A DNA stretch of 64,000 nucleotides from Anaerolineales bacterium. Its GTDB lineage: Bacteria; Chloroflexota; Anaerolineae; Anaerolineales; UBA4823. The stretch spans positions 3,068 through 67,067 of the forward strand of contig DATEDC010000099.1 in the NCBI GenBank assembly GCA_035286585.1. The letters run 5' to 3'. Under the pieces are notes generated by a model that worked only from the letters and a program-made list of their open reading frames with translations, was not told where the DNA came from and did not search any database. The position numbers were made by a program, and so were the translations under genes. Of the stretch, positions 44,394 through 54,232 are shown piece after piece; position 1 is the first letter of the stretch; each line of letters opens with the position of its first letter.

Positions 44394-45812
44394 TTATATT
44401 CCCTCGTGGGCAAGTTTTTCCAGTTTTTCCCAGATTTTCACCATCGCCAAAGTGTCGAATTCACAATACCTGAGCATATCTTCCTGTAATTTGTCTCGCT
44501 CGCTGGCCGCGATTTGGCCAGCGAATAAATTCCACCAAGCCATCATCAACTCCTCGGCACTCGAAATCTCCAGCTCTTCGTAACGCATTTCCGGCACCAC
44601 CACAGGCAGAACTTTCTTTAGAGAGGCGCGGCCGCGAAAGTCAGGATGCAGGTAATACCCATGGCTGAAAATTTCCATCAAGTCATACATCCGGGCGTTC
44701 AGGTCGAGCAGGAAATCACTGTACTCTGTGTATCTCCGGGCAAGTTCTTTGTTCCGTCCAGCCTCAAACAGCTTGTACCAGACGATTACCGAACCGCGGG
44801 GTCCAATCTCATGCGCCAGGTTCTCTACCAGCTCCTTTCCCGGGTCGTGCGGACCGATGAGCAGGCATTCGTGATGCTTAAACTGCCCTCCCGGGCGCCC
44901 GATCACGTACAACGAGTATTGAAAGACGATGTGATCGTATGGGCGGTAGCCGTCAAATAGCGGCACAGCGGGGTTGAAAGTCTCGTAGTCCAGGAAATAC
45001 AAAGGGTAGACCAGCTTATCCAGCTCGCTTTGAATGCTTTTTTGATCAATCCACGGTTTGCCTTGCTTTACCACCTGAACCTGTCTCCATTGTGAATCCG
45101 AAAGCGGGTAATCGACAGGGATATCCTGGATCGCCAGTATGCCCTGCTGTTTCAAAGCCAGGGCTTTTACCCCGATCCGGTTGAGATCGTAGATCGGGTA
45201 TTCTGGCAATTCGGGATGGCACAGACTCGGGCAAACGCACTTATCGGGATTTACGCAGCCTTCGATGCCATCCGGCGTCTCGAGTTGAGAAATTCGCAAG
45301 GCTTCCGAGCGCAATTGCTCGACCTCGATTCTGCGCCCCGCGATCTCGGCGTTTATTGCATGGATCACGAACAATTCCCTGGGGTCGAACTCCCCCTGAC
45401 GGGTATATTCCTTGTTGACATGCACCAGGTAAAAATCCCTTATCGGCAGGCTGGCTGCGCAAACCAACGCCTGAAAGGCAAGGTCATATTCGTGCTCTTT
45501 TTTCACGCTGGTGGCGCTTTTGACCTCGTAGATATCATACACGCCGGCGTCGCGATCGAAGATGACCGCATCGGAGCGAGCCTGGAAGGCTCCATCAGTG
45601 TACATCAGTTGCCAGAATAAGTCGTAATTGGTATATCGTTTGGCTGCTTCAGCCGCGATGAATTCCTTCGCTACGGTCTCAATATGATTCCCCTGCTCCA
45701 TTAAGTGCTGCTCAAAAGGGGAGGGCGCGAGCGCCTCGAGCCGCCCGCGCTTTGCCGCCCACAGGTGCAGCGGAGCTTCAAGGTAAGATCTTAAATCTGT
45801 TTTCGTGATCAT
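44394..45812 (-). CDS. DUF2779-family protein (N-terminal PD-(D/E)xK nuclease-like, C-terminal RNase H-like region)
   Basis: YDIYEVKSATSVK (D..EVK nuclease motif). A Cys cluster CVNPDKCVCPSLC. FLDYETFNPAVPLFDGYRPYDHIVFQYSLYV is typical of DUF2779. Confidence 0.65.
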   Translation of the reverse strand: MITKTDLRSYLEAPLHLWAAKRGRLEALAPSPFEQHLMEQGNHIETVAKEFIAAEAAKRYTNYDLFWQLMYTDGAFQARSDAVIFDRDAGVYDIYEVKSATSVKKEHEYDLAFQALVCAASLPIRDFYLVHVNKEYTRQGEFDPRELFVIHAINAEIAGRRIEVEQLRSEALRISQLETPDGIEGCVNPDKCVCPSLCHPELPEYPIYDLNRIGVKALALKQQGILAIQDIPVDYPLSDSQWRQVQVVKQGKPWIDQKSIQSELDKLVYPLYFLDYETFNPAVPLFDGYRPYDHIVFQYSLYVIGRPGGQFKHHECLLIGPHDPGKELVENLAHEIGPRGSVIVWYKLFEAGRNKELARRYTEYSDFLLDLNARMYDLMEIFSHGYYLHPDFRGRASLKKVLPVVVPEMRYEELEISSAEELMMAWWNLFAGQIAASERDKLQEDMLRYCEFDTLAMVKIWEKLEKLAHEGI

Positions 45813-45915
45813 CTTGACAGGGTGAAAAAGGCGAATATAATTTATCGAACATCTGTTCTGTTTTTAGATCGCATCCATCTGGTACTTTAACATCCTCCCA
45901 TATCTACACGCAGAG

Positions 45916-47487
45916 CTATGCTGCAATGGCTGATTTTACTGCGGCTGCCAGCGCCCCGCTGGCGATCAGCTCGCGCACGGCTTCGATATAGGGGTACATG
46001 ACGGCGTCCTGCTCCAGGAAAGGAACCCGCTCGCGGATCAGGGCGTAGGCCGGGGCGGTGCCCTGTCCCAGGCGAGCCTGAGCGCCCAGGATCTTGCGCC
46101 GGAAGTCGATGCCCTGGGCGGCGGCGAACAGCTCCAGCGCAAGGATGTGCTCCACGTTCCTGGCAATCCGCCGGGCCTGGCGGGCGGCAATCGCTCCCAT
46201 GCTGACGTGATCTTCGATGTTCGCCGAGGAAGGGATGGTATCCGAGCTGGCAGGATGAGCCAGGGATTTGTTCTCCGAGGCCAGTGAAGCGGCGGTGTAC
46301 TGGGTGAGCATGAAACCGGAGTTCAAACCGCCCTGCTCGGTCAAAAAAGCGGGTAGGGTTCCCTGGTTGCTGGCTTCGTCGGTCAGGCGGGTCAGGCGCC
46401 GCTCGGAGATATTGCCAAGCTCGGTCAACGCCAGGGAGAGGTAATCCATGGCAATAGCCACCGGCTCGCCGTGAAAATTGCCCCCTGAGAGCACAGTGGG
46501 CTCGCCGCTCTCTTCGTCGAAGAAAATGAGCGGGTTGTCGGTGGCGGAGTTCAGCTCGATGTTCAATACCCAGCGGGCGTACAGGATCGCATCCCGCACC
46601 GCCCCGTGCACTTGGGGGATGCAGCGCAGCGTGTAAGCATCTTGAACGTTTGCGGCAAACTTGCCGAAGGGGTCATCCGGGCGGACGAACGTGCTCCCGT
46701 TGATGAGCTGGCGCAGGAATGCGGCGCATTCAACCTGCCGTGGGTGCGGACGTACGGCGTGGAGGCGCGCATCGAAGGCGCGCGGCGTGCCATGCAGGGC
46801 TTCCAGGCTCAGACAGCCAGCCAGATCCGCGGTGCACATCAGGTTTTCGGCTTGCAAGGTGGTCAGCGCGCCGATGGCGGTCATCATGGCTGTCCCGTTG
46901 GTGAGCGCCAGGCCTTCTTTGGCGCCCAGTTTCACCGGAGCCAGCCCGGCTCGTTCCAGCGCTGCCTCGCCGGGAAGCTGTTCTCCCAGGTAGACAGCCT
47001 CGCCCAGCCCGATCAACGGCAGGGCCATGTGCGCCAGTGGGGCGAGATCGCCGCTCGCTCCCAGCGAGCCCTGGCTGGGCACCACCGGATGGACACCGCG
47101 ATTGAGCATTTCGATCAGCAGGCGCAAAGTCGCTTCCCGAATGCCCGAGTGGCCCTTGGCGAGGGTGTTAACCCGTACCAGCATCTGGGCGCGGGTGGTG
47201 CCCTGGTCCAGCGCTTCGCCGACGCCCGCGGCGTGGCTCATCAGGATATTGCGCTGCAGTTGGGCGACCTGCTCTGGCGGGATGATGCGATCTTTGAAGG
47301 CGCCGAAACCGGTGGTCACGCCGTAGATGATCTCGCCGCGCTGCATAAACGCCTGCACCGCCCTTTCGGCCCGGCGCACCTTTTCCCAGGCCTCTTCCGG
47401 TAACCGCACTTCAACCCCCGGGTTGTACGCGGCTGCCGCAACCGCCTCCAGGGTCAGCGTCTCGCCATCCAGCCAGATCGTTTCCAT
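45916..47487 (-). CDS. hutH: Histidine ammonia-lyase
   Basis: GSLGASGDLAPLAHM (the MIO-forming ASG) with full-length colinearity to HAL/PAL family enzymes. Confidence 0.9.
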   Translation of the reverse strand: METIWLDGETLTLEAVAAAAYNPGVEVRLPEEAWEKVRRAERAVQAFMQRGEIIYGVTTGFGAFKDRIIPPEQVAQLQRNILMSHAAGVGEALDQGTTRAQMLVRVNTLAKGHSGIREATLRLLIEMLNRGVHPVVPSQGSLGASGDLAPLAHMALPLIGLGEAVYLGEQLPGEAALERAGLAPVKLGAKEGLALTNGTAMMTAIGALTTLQAENLMCTADLAGCLSLEALHGTPRAFDARLHAVRPHPRQVECAAFLRQLINGSTFVRPDDPFGKFAANVQDAYTLRCIPQVHGAVRDAILYARWVLNIELNSATDNPLIFFDEESGEPTVLSGGNFHGEPVAIAMDYLSLALTELGNISERRLTRLTDEASNQGTLPAFLTEQGGLNSGFMLTQYTAASLASENKSLAHPASSDTIPSSANIEDHVSMGAIAARQARRIARNVEHILALELFAAAQGIDFRRKILGAQARLGQGTAPAYALIRERVPFLEQDAVMYPYIEAVRELIASGALAAAVKSAIAA

Positions 47488-47672
47488 AGCGGGTCAATGC
47501 TCCTGATTTGATGCATACGATCAACAGTTGTATTATATCCCGCGCAGGGGACCGGGTTCGATGGATTCCACAGCGGGCGCTTGCAGGTGCAGATATGGGA
47601 GTGAACCATAGCTGATATCAGGGCGTATGATCATCAGTCCCACACAAAATTCTCGTCTTTCAGGAGGAAGCC

Positions 47673-48044
47673 ATGTCCATGTTCAAAAATGTAAACGTTG
47701 TGTCTTTATATGTAACCGATTGGGAAGCCGCTAAGAAGTTTTACAGCGAAGTGCTCGAATGGCCCGTCGCTTACGGCGATGACCAGTTCGGCTGGTTCGA
47801 ATACGGGCGTGAGAACGAGACCCATGTGTCGATCAACCGCTGGGATGACCCCGCTACCGTCCCACCCAGGCAAGGCGGAGCCACTATTGTGTTAACGGTG
47901 GATGACGCCGATCAGGTGACCGCGGCGCTGCGGGCCAAGGGCGTCAAGTGCGATGAGGTGGTCAATATCCCGGGTGTGGTCAAGTACGGCACGTTTTACG
48001 ACCCGGAGGGCAACCGCCTGCAGTTCGCATCAAACCCCACCTAG
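47673..48044 (+). CDS. VOC/glyoxalase-family protein
   Basis: 123 aa with a paired beta-alpha-beta-beta-beta pattern and a C-terminal YGTFYDPEGNRLQF. AGGAGG RBS. Confidence 0.7.
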   Translation: MSMFKNVNVVSLYVTDWEAAKKFYSEVLEWPVAYGDDQFGWFEYGRENETHVSINRWDDPATVPPRQGGATIVLTVDDADQVTAALRAKGVKCDEVVNIPGVVKYGTFYDPEGNRLQFASNPT

Positions 48045-48067
48045 ACCCTAATTGTTCGAAACCCAGC

Positions 48068-48111
48068 AGACCAGGCAGGTATGTTTTGGCAGTAAAAAAT
48101 CTGCCTGGTCT
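48068..48111. terminator. Hairpin between convergent genes
   Basis: 11-bp stem AGACCAGGCAG (48068-78) / CTGCCTGGTCT (48101-11) with a 22-nt A/T-rich loop. Confidence 0.4.
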
Positions 48112-49415
48112 CACAACGCGGCCAGGCTGGCGTCTAGAATCATTAATGCCTCATCCACCTGGTCTGCGGTCACGTTCAGCGGCGGGATCAGGCGGATCAC
48201 CTGACCGTGCAGGCCAGCCATGTAAGCCAGCAGCCCTCGCTCCAGGGCGTTGTTCAAGACAGTGAACGCCGCTGAGCCATCCGGTGCTTTGTCCGTGCCT
48301 GGATGAATGAATTCCATGGCGACCATCAACCCCAGCCCACGGACGTCCCCGATCAGCGGGTACTTTTCCCTCAACTTACCAAAGCCTTCCAACAGACGCT
48401 TCCCCATCTGGCGGCAGTTTTCCAGCAGGTTCTCCTCTTTGATCACCTCCAGCACCGCCAGGGCGGCCGCGCAGGCGATGGGGTTGCCGCCATAGGTGGT
48501 GCCGTGAGAGCCAGGCAGCCATTGGCTCATCAATTCTCGGCTGGCGACGGTGGCGCTGAGCGGGAACCCATTAGCGATGCCTTTGGCGATGGCCATGATA
48601 TCCGGCTGCACACCGAAGACCTGGGCGGCGAACATCTGGCCCGTGCGACCAAAGCCGGTTTGCACCTCGTCCAGGATCAGCAGGATACCGTGCTCGTCGC
48701 AGATGCGCCGCAGGGCGTGCAAAAATCCCGCTGGCGGCACAACGTACCCGCCTTCTCCCTGCACGGGCTCGATGAGCATGGCAGCCACCTGTCTGGGAGG
48801 GATCAGCCTGTCGAAGAGCCGCTCCAGCCCGTCCAGGCACCAGGCGACCACGCTTTCATCGTCCTCGCCCCACGGGCAGCGATAAGGGTAGGCGTAGGGC
48901 GCGAAGTAAGCGCCCGGGACGAATGGCTCGTAGTGATCCCGGTATTTAGCTTTTACCGAGGTGACCGAGGCCGCTCCATAGGTTCGACCATGAAATCCGC
49001 CTTCAAAGGCGATGATGCCCGGCCTTCCGGTCACGTAACGCGCCAGCTTGAGAGCCCCCTCCACTGCCTCCGCCCCACTGTTTCCGAAGAAAAACATTTC
49101 CATACCAGGTGGCATCACCTGAGGCAGCGCCTGGCAAAGCTGCAACAGCGGCTCGTGCAGGGTTATCCCTACCGCGCTGTGGGAGAACTTTTCCATCTGC
49201 TGGCGAGCGGCGTCCAGCACGCGCGGATGGCCATGACCCACATTGGTCACGGCGATCCCGGAGGTGAAATCCAGGTAGCGCCTGCCATCGGCTGTATACA
49301 GGTAAGCCCCCTCAGCCTTGACCACGGGCAGCAAGGGCCAATCCTGGGCGAAGCTCGGCATGAGCAGCTCGCTTGCCCAGGCGGCGGCATGGATAAATCG
49401 ATCGTTTTGATTCAT
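48111..49415 (-). CDS. Class III PLP aminotransferase (GABA/omega-amino acid or acetylornithine aminotransferase-like)
   Basis: GNSGAEAVEGALKLAR, LILDEVQTGFGRTG and the MAIAKGIANGFPLS PLP-lysine region. Confidence 0.85.
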   Translation of the reverse strand: MNQNDRFIHAAAWASELLMPSFAQDWPLLPVVKAEGAYLYTADGRRYLDFTSGIAVTNVGHGHPRVLDAARQQMEKFSHSAVGITLHEPLLQLCQALPQVMPPGMEMFFFGNSGAEAVEGALKLARYVTGRPGIIAFEGGFHGRTYGAASVTSVKAKYRDHYEPFVPGAYFAPYAYPYRCPWGEDDESVVAWCLDGLERLFDRLIPPRQVAAMLIEPVQGEGGYVVPPAGFLHALRRICDEHGILLILDEVQTGFGRTGQMFAAQVFGVQPDIMAIAKGIANGFPLSATVASRELMSQWLPGSHGTTYGGNPIACAAALAVLEVIKEENLLENCRQMGKRLLEGFGKLREKYPLIGDVRGLGLMVAMEFIHPGTDKAPDGSAAFTVLNNALERGLLAYMAGLHGQVIRLIPPLNVTADQVDEALMILDASLAAL

Positions 49416-49445
49416 ATCTGGATGCTCCCAAAAATTCCCGTGATA

Positions 49446-52061
49446 TCAGCCTCGCGAGCGGTCCAGGAACTCACCTGCATTGAGCACGTTTGCCGGGTCC
49501 CAGCGCCTTTTGAGCTGGAGCATCAAGGCGTGGGCCGAACGTGGCTCGCCCCAGGCCTCGACCTGACCCAGCCAGAGGCGCGGGCCGGCAAACAGGATCG
49601 CATGACCGCCGAATTGCTGCCCAGCCAGGCGCAGCGCCTCCAACCTGGCCCTGACTTCGCCTGCATCTATATTCCCCAACAGGCAGAAAACCTGCCCATT
49701 GGCGATGTCCACTGCGTATCTCGTCCCCAACAGGCCGGGCTGTAAACTGGCGAGAAAACCGGGCAGCTTGCCGGGCGCCAACCCGAGGCGCAGCACGCAG
49801 CCAGCCCCGCTGAGGGCCTGTACCCACTGGTCGGTGGCAGTGGTCGTCTGGCTCTCCACGACTGATTCTGCCCCAGAGTCGCGCAGGAGGCCTTTGACGA
49901 TCTGCAACTCCACCCGCAGGTCAGCCGGCTGCCCTTCAGCGGTGAACACCAGCGCCGGTCGATCCGGCGCGCAGTAACCTTCCAGTTCTGAAACCAGGGT
50001 CAGCCCGGCGCAGTTACGGGCGCGGCGCAGAATCGCCAGCCCCCAGTCGACCGCGGCAGACGCGTCCGGCACACACGCCAGCAGGCTCATCCGGCCGCGC
50101 GGCAGTGGCCGCACTTTCAAGGTGACCTCAGTGACCAGCCCCAGAGTGCCGAATGCGCCTACAAACAGCTTGCTCAGCGCGTAGCCAGCCACGTCTTTTA
50201 CCAGGGCTTTGCCAAAGCGCAGGGAGCGCCCGCCCGGCAGAGCAACCTGGAGCGCCATGAGCAGATCACTGATGCCGCCGTACAACGTTCGCATCGGCGC
50301 GTTGGCTCGGGCGGATAGCACGCCCCCGAGCGTGGCTTCGGGCCAGGGGCTGGCGATAGGTACCCATAGGCCCGCTCGCGCCAGCTCCTCCTGCAGCTCT
50401 GCCAGGCGGGTTCCCGCCCCCACGCGGACGTAAAAATCTTCGCGGGATAACTCTCTGATACCTGCCAGCAGGCGAGTAGAGAGAAGCTTGCCGTCGGAAG
50501 TCTCTCCACGCCACTTGGTAGCGCCCCCGGAGAGGTAAGCTTTCAGCTCTGAACACTGGAGGGTGGCCAATATATCGGCGGCCTCCTCGCCAGTGGCAGG
50601 AGTGAGCGCGGCGGGCATGGACTCGGCTCGGGTATGGGGGAGGGGCGGCGGCTCCGGGCTGCGCTCGGGGAAGATTTTCCCCGGGTTGAGCAAGCCCTGC
50701 GGGTCGAAAACGTGCTTGACTTCCAGCATAGCGGCGATCTCGGCGGGTTGATACATGGCGCTCAGGTATTCGCGCTTTTCGACCCCCACGCCGTGCTCTC
50801 CGGCGATGGAGCCGCCCAGGCGGGCGCATAGCATCAGGATTTCACCGCCCGCCTGGTAAACTCGCTCCAGCTCCCCGGGTCGGGACAGATCGCACAGCAG
50901 GTTGGGATGCAGGTTGCCATCTCCGGCGTGGGCGAGATAGCCGAGGCGAAAGCCGTGCTCCGCGCCGATTCGGTTGATACCCGTGAGCGCCTCTGCCAGG
51001 CGCGAGCGCGGCAGGCTGACATCCAGCACCAACTCGTTTGGAGAAAGGCGCGCCACCGCGGCGGCTGCGCTGCGGCGCCCGCGCCAGAGCAGATCCCGTT
51101 CAGCTGGGGTGCCGGCGGTCTTGATCTCCAATGGATTGAAAGGGCGCAGGATTTGGGCGATCTCACTTAACTGGTCGTCCAGGCTCTCCATGTAGCCATC
51201 CACGTCAAATATGAGCAGCGCCCCGGCGCCGGGGGCGATATCGGCCTGCAGGAATTCCTCGACGATAGCAATCATGCTGCCGTCCATCATCTCGATCGTC
51301 GCGGGGAGCAGCCCGGCGGCGATGACGGCCGAAACCGCCTGGCCGGCAACTGCTACCGAATCGAAGCTGGCGGTCAGTGTCTTGACAGCCAGCGGTGGGC
51401 TGCGCAGCAGCAGGGTGGCCTGGGTAATCAGCGCCAGGGTGCCTTCCGAGCCGGTTATCAGAGCGGTGAAGTCATATTCAGGCGGATCCAGGGCGTCGCC
51501 GCCAAGCTGCACCCGGCTGCTATCCGCCAGCACCACTTCTAGCCCGACCACATAGTTGCCCGTCACACCGTACTTCAGACAGTGCGGCCCACCGGCGTTT
51601 TCGGCGATATTGCCTCCCAGGGTGCACACCGAGTGGCTGGCAGGGTCTGGCGGGTAGGTTAAATCCAGGCTGAGCAGATGTTTTTGCAAATGGGCGTTGA
51701 TCACACCCGGCTGCACGATCGCCTGGCGGCTGTCCACATCCACTTCCAGGATATTCTGCATGCGGGTGAAGGCAACGTTTAAGCCGCCTTTCAGCGCCAC
51801 TGCGCCACCGGTGTAGCCGGTGCCCGAGCCGCGCCCGGTCAAGGGAACGCCCTGCTCCTGGGCCCACTTCGCCAGGCGCTGCACATCTGCGGCGTTCTCT
51901 GGTAGTACGATCCCCACCGGCTGACCGTGATCTAGGCCCGCGTCCCAGCGGTAAGCCACCAGCGAGCCCGGGTCGGTGATCACCTGGCCAGTGGAAAACA
52001 GAGAAGATAAAGTTCGCTTTTGTTCTGCGCTCAGCATCGCGGCTGCACTGTCCTGGCTCAA
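49446..52061 (-). CDS. Fused FAD-linked oxidase (GlcD-like plus GlcE-like halves in one 871-aa protein)
   Basis: There are two PCMH-type FAD-binding modules. The first has RGSGTGYTGGAV, with HAGDGNLHPN and GEHGVG in its cap. The second starts near residue 480 (LSGGATKWRG...). The start is either the TTG at 52061 (TTGA overlap with the permease) or the ATG at 52037. Confidence 0.75.
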   Translation of the reverse strand: MSQDSAAAMLSAEQKRTLSSLFSTGQVITDPGSLVAYRWDAGLDHGQPVGIVLPENAADVQRLAKWAQEQGVPLTGRGSGTGYTGGAVALKGGLNVAFTRMQNILEVDVDSRQAIVQPGVINAHLQKHLLSLDLTYPPDPASHSVCTLGGNIAENAGGPHCLKYGVTGNYVVGLEVVLADSSRVQLGGDALDPPEYDFTALITGSEGTLALITQATLLLRSPPLAVKTLTASFDSVAVAGQAVSAVIAAGLLPATIEMMDGSMIAIVEEFLQADIAPGAGALLIFDVDGYMESLDDQLSEIAQILRPFNPLEIKTAGTPAERDLLWRGRRSAAAAVARLSPNELVLDVSLPRSRLAEALTGINRIGAEHGFRLGYLAHAGDGNLHPNLLCDLSRPGELERVYQAGGEILMLCARLGGSIAGEHGVGVEKREYLSAMYQPAEIAAMLEVKHVFDPQGLLNPGKIFPERSPEPPPLPHTRAESMPAALTPATGEEAADILATLQCSELKAYLSGGATKWRGETSDGKLLSTRLLAGIRELSREDFYVRVGAGTRLAELQEELARAGLWVPIASPWPEATLGGVLSARANAPMRTLYGGISDLLMALQVALPGGRSLRFGKALVKDVAGYALSKLFVGAFGTLGLVTEVTLKVRPLPRGRMSLLACVPDASAAVDWGLAILRRARNCAGLTLVSELEGYCAPDRPALVFTAEGQPADLRVELQIVKGLLRDSGAESVVESQTTTATDQWVQALSGAGCVLRLGLAPGKLPGFLASLQPGLLGTRYAVDIANGQVFCLLGNIDAGEVRARLEALRLAGQQFGGHAILFAGPRLWLGQVEAWGEPRSAHALMLQLKRRWDPANVLNAGEFLDRSRG

Positions 52062-52744
52062 TGGCGCTCGATTTCCAATACCAACCCCGGTGTGCGCATC
52101 TTGCGCTCGATGGCGCCCAAAATTTGCGTGGCAACGAACACCAGGAGGATATAAATGAGCGCGACGGTCAGGTATACCTCAATCGGGTTGAAATACCTGC
52201 CAGCGAGGATCTTCGCCTGCCCCATCAGGTCGGGCACGGCGATCAAGAAAACGACCGCCGTGTATTTGATCATCGAGACAGCCTCATTCGACCAGGCTGG
52301 CAACGCCAGGAGCAATGCCTGCGGCAGGATAATATAGCGGATGGCCTGGAGGCGGCTCATGCCAACCGCCCGGGCAGCTAGCATCTGCCCGCTGCCCACC
52401 GCCTGGATGGCGCCGCGAAAGTATTCAGCCTGGTATGCCCCGCTGTTCAAGCCCAGGGTGATCGAGGCGGCAAACAGGCGTGAGAGGGTCAACCCCAGGT
52501 CTGGCAGGCCGTAATAGATCAGGAACAACTGCACCAGCAGAGGTGTACCGCGGAACAGCTCGATATAGCCAATGACGAGGCGGCGAGCGTACTTTCCGCC
52601 GTAGACACGAACCAGCGCGGCTGGCAGACCGAACAAGACGCCCAGTCCCAAGGCAATCATGGTGAGCTGGAGGGTGATCCTTGTCCCCTGGATCAGCTCT
52701 GGGGTCGTCCTTTGCAAAAAGAGGGACAGGCTATCTAACATCAA
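52058..52744 (-). CDS. Polar amino acid ABC transporter permease
   Basis: His/Glu/Gln/Arg/opine family pattern (ELFRGTPLLVQLFLIYYGLP; AARAVGMSRLQAIRYIILPQA). Confidence 0.85.
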   Translation of the reverse strand: MMLDSLSLFLQRTTPELIQGTRITLQLTMIALGLGVLFGLPAALVRVYGGKYARRLVIGYIELFRGTPLLVQLFLIYYGLPDLGLTLSRLFAASITLGLNSGAYQAEYFRGAIQAVGSGQMLAARAVGMSRLQAIRYIILPQALLLALPAWSNEAVSMIKYTAVVFLIAVPDLMGQAKILAGRYFNPIEVYLTVALIYILLVFVATQILGAIERKMRTPGLVLEIERH

Positions 52745-53515
52745 CTAAATCTCGCCTGGGCGGTTCTCGCCGTAGAGCTCGCTGATCTTGCCCAAGAATT
52801 CCCGTGTGCGTGGGAATTTCGGGGCGTAAAACATCTGCCTCGATGGCCCTTCTTCCAGGATGACGCCATTTTCCATGAATACAATGCGGTCCGACACCTC
52901 GCGGGCAAAGCCCATCTCGTGGGTGACGACCAGCATGGTCATGCCTTCGCGGGCAAGTTTTTGCATCACGCCGAGCACCTCGCCGATCAGCTCGGGGTCG
53001 AGAGCGGAGGTCGGCTCATCGAAGAGCATCACATCCGGGTTCAGCGCCAGGGCGCGGGCAATCGCCACGCGCTGCTTCTGGCCTCCCGAGAGTTGGGCGG
53101 GATAGCTGGCAGCTTTATCCGCCAGATCCACCCGTTCGAGCTCCCAAAGCCCCTTTTGCCTGGCTTCACGGATATCCATTCTCAGGACTTTGTTCAATCC
53201 AATGGTCACATTTTGCAGCGCGGTCAGATGGTTGAACAGGTTGAAATCCTGAAAAACCATGCCGATGCGCTGGCGGACTTTGTCCTCATCTGTGTACGGA
53301 GCCGTGATCTCCTGCTCTTTCAGCCAGATACGACCCGAATCCGGGCGGGTGAGCAGATTGATGCAGCGCAGCAAAGTGCTCTTGCCCGTCCCGCTCGGCC
53401 CGATAATGACGACCACCTCCTGCTCGCGCACCGTCAAGGAGATGCCTTTGATGATCTCTAACTCCTGATAGGACTTGCGCAAATCTTCAACCCGGATAAT
53501 CGCCCTGACCATCAT
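52745..53515 (-). CDS. Polar amino acid ABC transporter ATP-binding protein
   Basis: Walker [10 protein letters not shown], signature [15 protein letters not shown] and Walker [12 protein letters not shown]. Confidence 0.9.
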   Translation of the reverse strand: MMVRAIIRVEDLRKSYQELEIIKGISLTVREQEVVVIIGPSGTGKSTLLRCINLLTRPDSGRIWLKEQEITAPYTDEDKVRQRIGMVFQDFNLFNHLTALQNVTIGLNKVLRMDIREARQKGLWELERVDLADKAASYPAQLSGGQKQRVAIARALALNPDVMLFDEPTSALDPELIGEVLGVMQKLAREGMTMLVVTHEMGFAREVSDRIVFMENGVILEEGPSRQMFYAPKFPRTREFLGKISELYGENRPGEI

Positions 53516-53525
53516 CGTCTACGCC

Positions 53526-54176
53526 TCACATCAGAATGCGGTAGCGGCGCTCAAAAAAATCCAGGCTGCGGTTTGCCAGGAAAGTCAGGGCAAAGTAAAT
53601 AGCCGCCGCGGCGCCAAAGGCGATAAACGGCTCGAGCGTTCGGGCGGAGACGTACTGCGCCCGGCGCAGGATTTCTGGCACACCGATGACGAAAACCAGG
53701 GAGGAGTCCTTCAAGACAATCGCGGCTTCGTTCGACCAGGGGGGGATCGCCAGGCGGATCGCCTGCGGCAAGATGATATAGCGGATTGCCTTCAGCCTGC
53801 TCATCCCAATCGCCCGAGCAGCCAGCATTTGACCTGCCGGGATGGACAGGATCGCGCCCCGGAAGACCTCGGATTGGTAAGCGGCACTGGCAAAACCAAG
53901 CGCAAGCGCCCCGGAAAGGAATGGCGAAAGGTCAACGATTTTAGCGATCACGAAGAACAATATGAAGATGAGGACTACCACCGGCACCGCCCGGATGAGG
54001 GTGCTGTAAACCGCGGCAAACCTGGCAACCGGTTTGCTGCCATATACCCGCATCACTGCCAGGAGAGTGCCAAAAAGGAAACCCATGCTCAAGGCGATCA
54101 GGGTGACGCCCAGAGTCACCCCGGTACCTTGCAGCAGGTAATTAATCAGAAAAATAAGGTCTTTCAGGAATTCCAT
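53526..54176 (-). CDS. Polar amino acid ABC transporter permease
   Basis: Paralogue of 52058..52744 (AARAIGMSRLKAIRYIILPQA). Confidence 0.85.
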   Translation of the reverse strand: MEFLKDLIFLINYLLQGTGVTLGVTLIALSMGFLFGTLLAVMRVYGSKPVARFAAVYSTLIRAVPVVVLIFILFFVIAKIVDLSPFLSGALALGFASAAYQSEVFRGAILSIPAGQMLAARAIGMSRLKAIRYIILPQAIRLAIPPWSNEAAIVLKDSSLVFVIGVPEILRRAQYVSARTLEPFIAFGAAAAIYFALTFLANRSLDFFERRYRILM

Positions 54177-54232
54177 GAACGAAAATGCGTCGGAGGCCGG
54201 GCAGGGGGGCGCCCGGCCTCAATCCAATCAGT

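Noticed and set aside
48303-49745. 480-aa plus-strand ORF
   Set aside because: It is entirely antisense to the well-supported aminotransferase and FAD oxidase genes. The translation is low-complexity (R/G/H/Q-rich) with no recognisable domain or RBS. This is a typical shadow ORF in GC-rich coding DNA.
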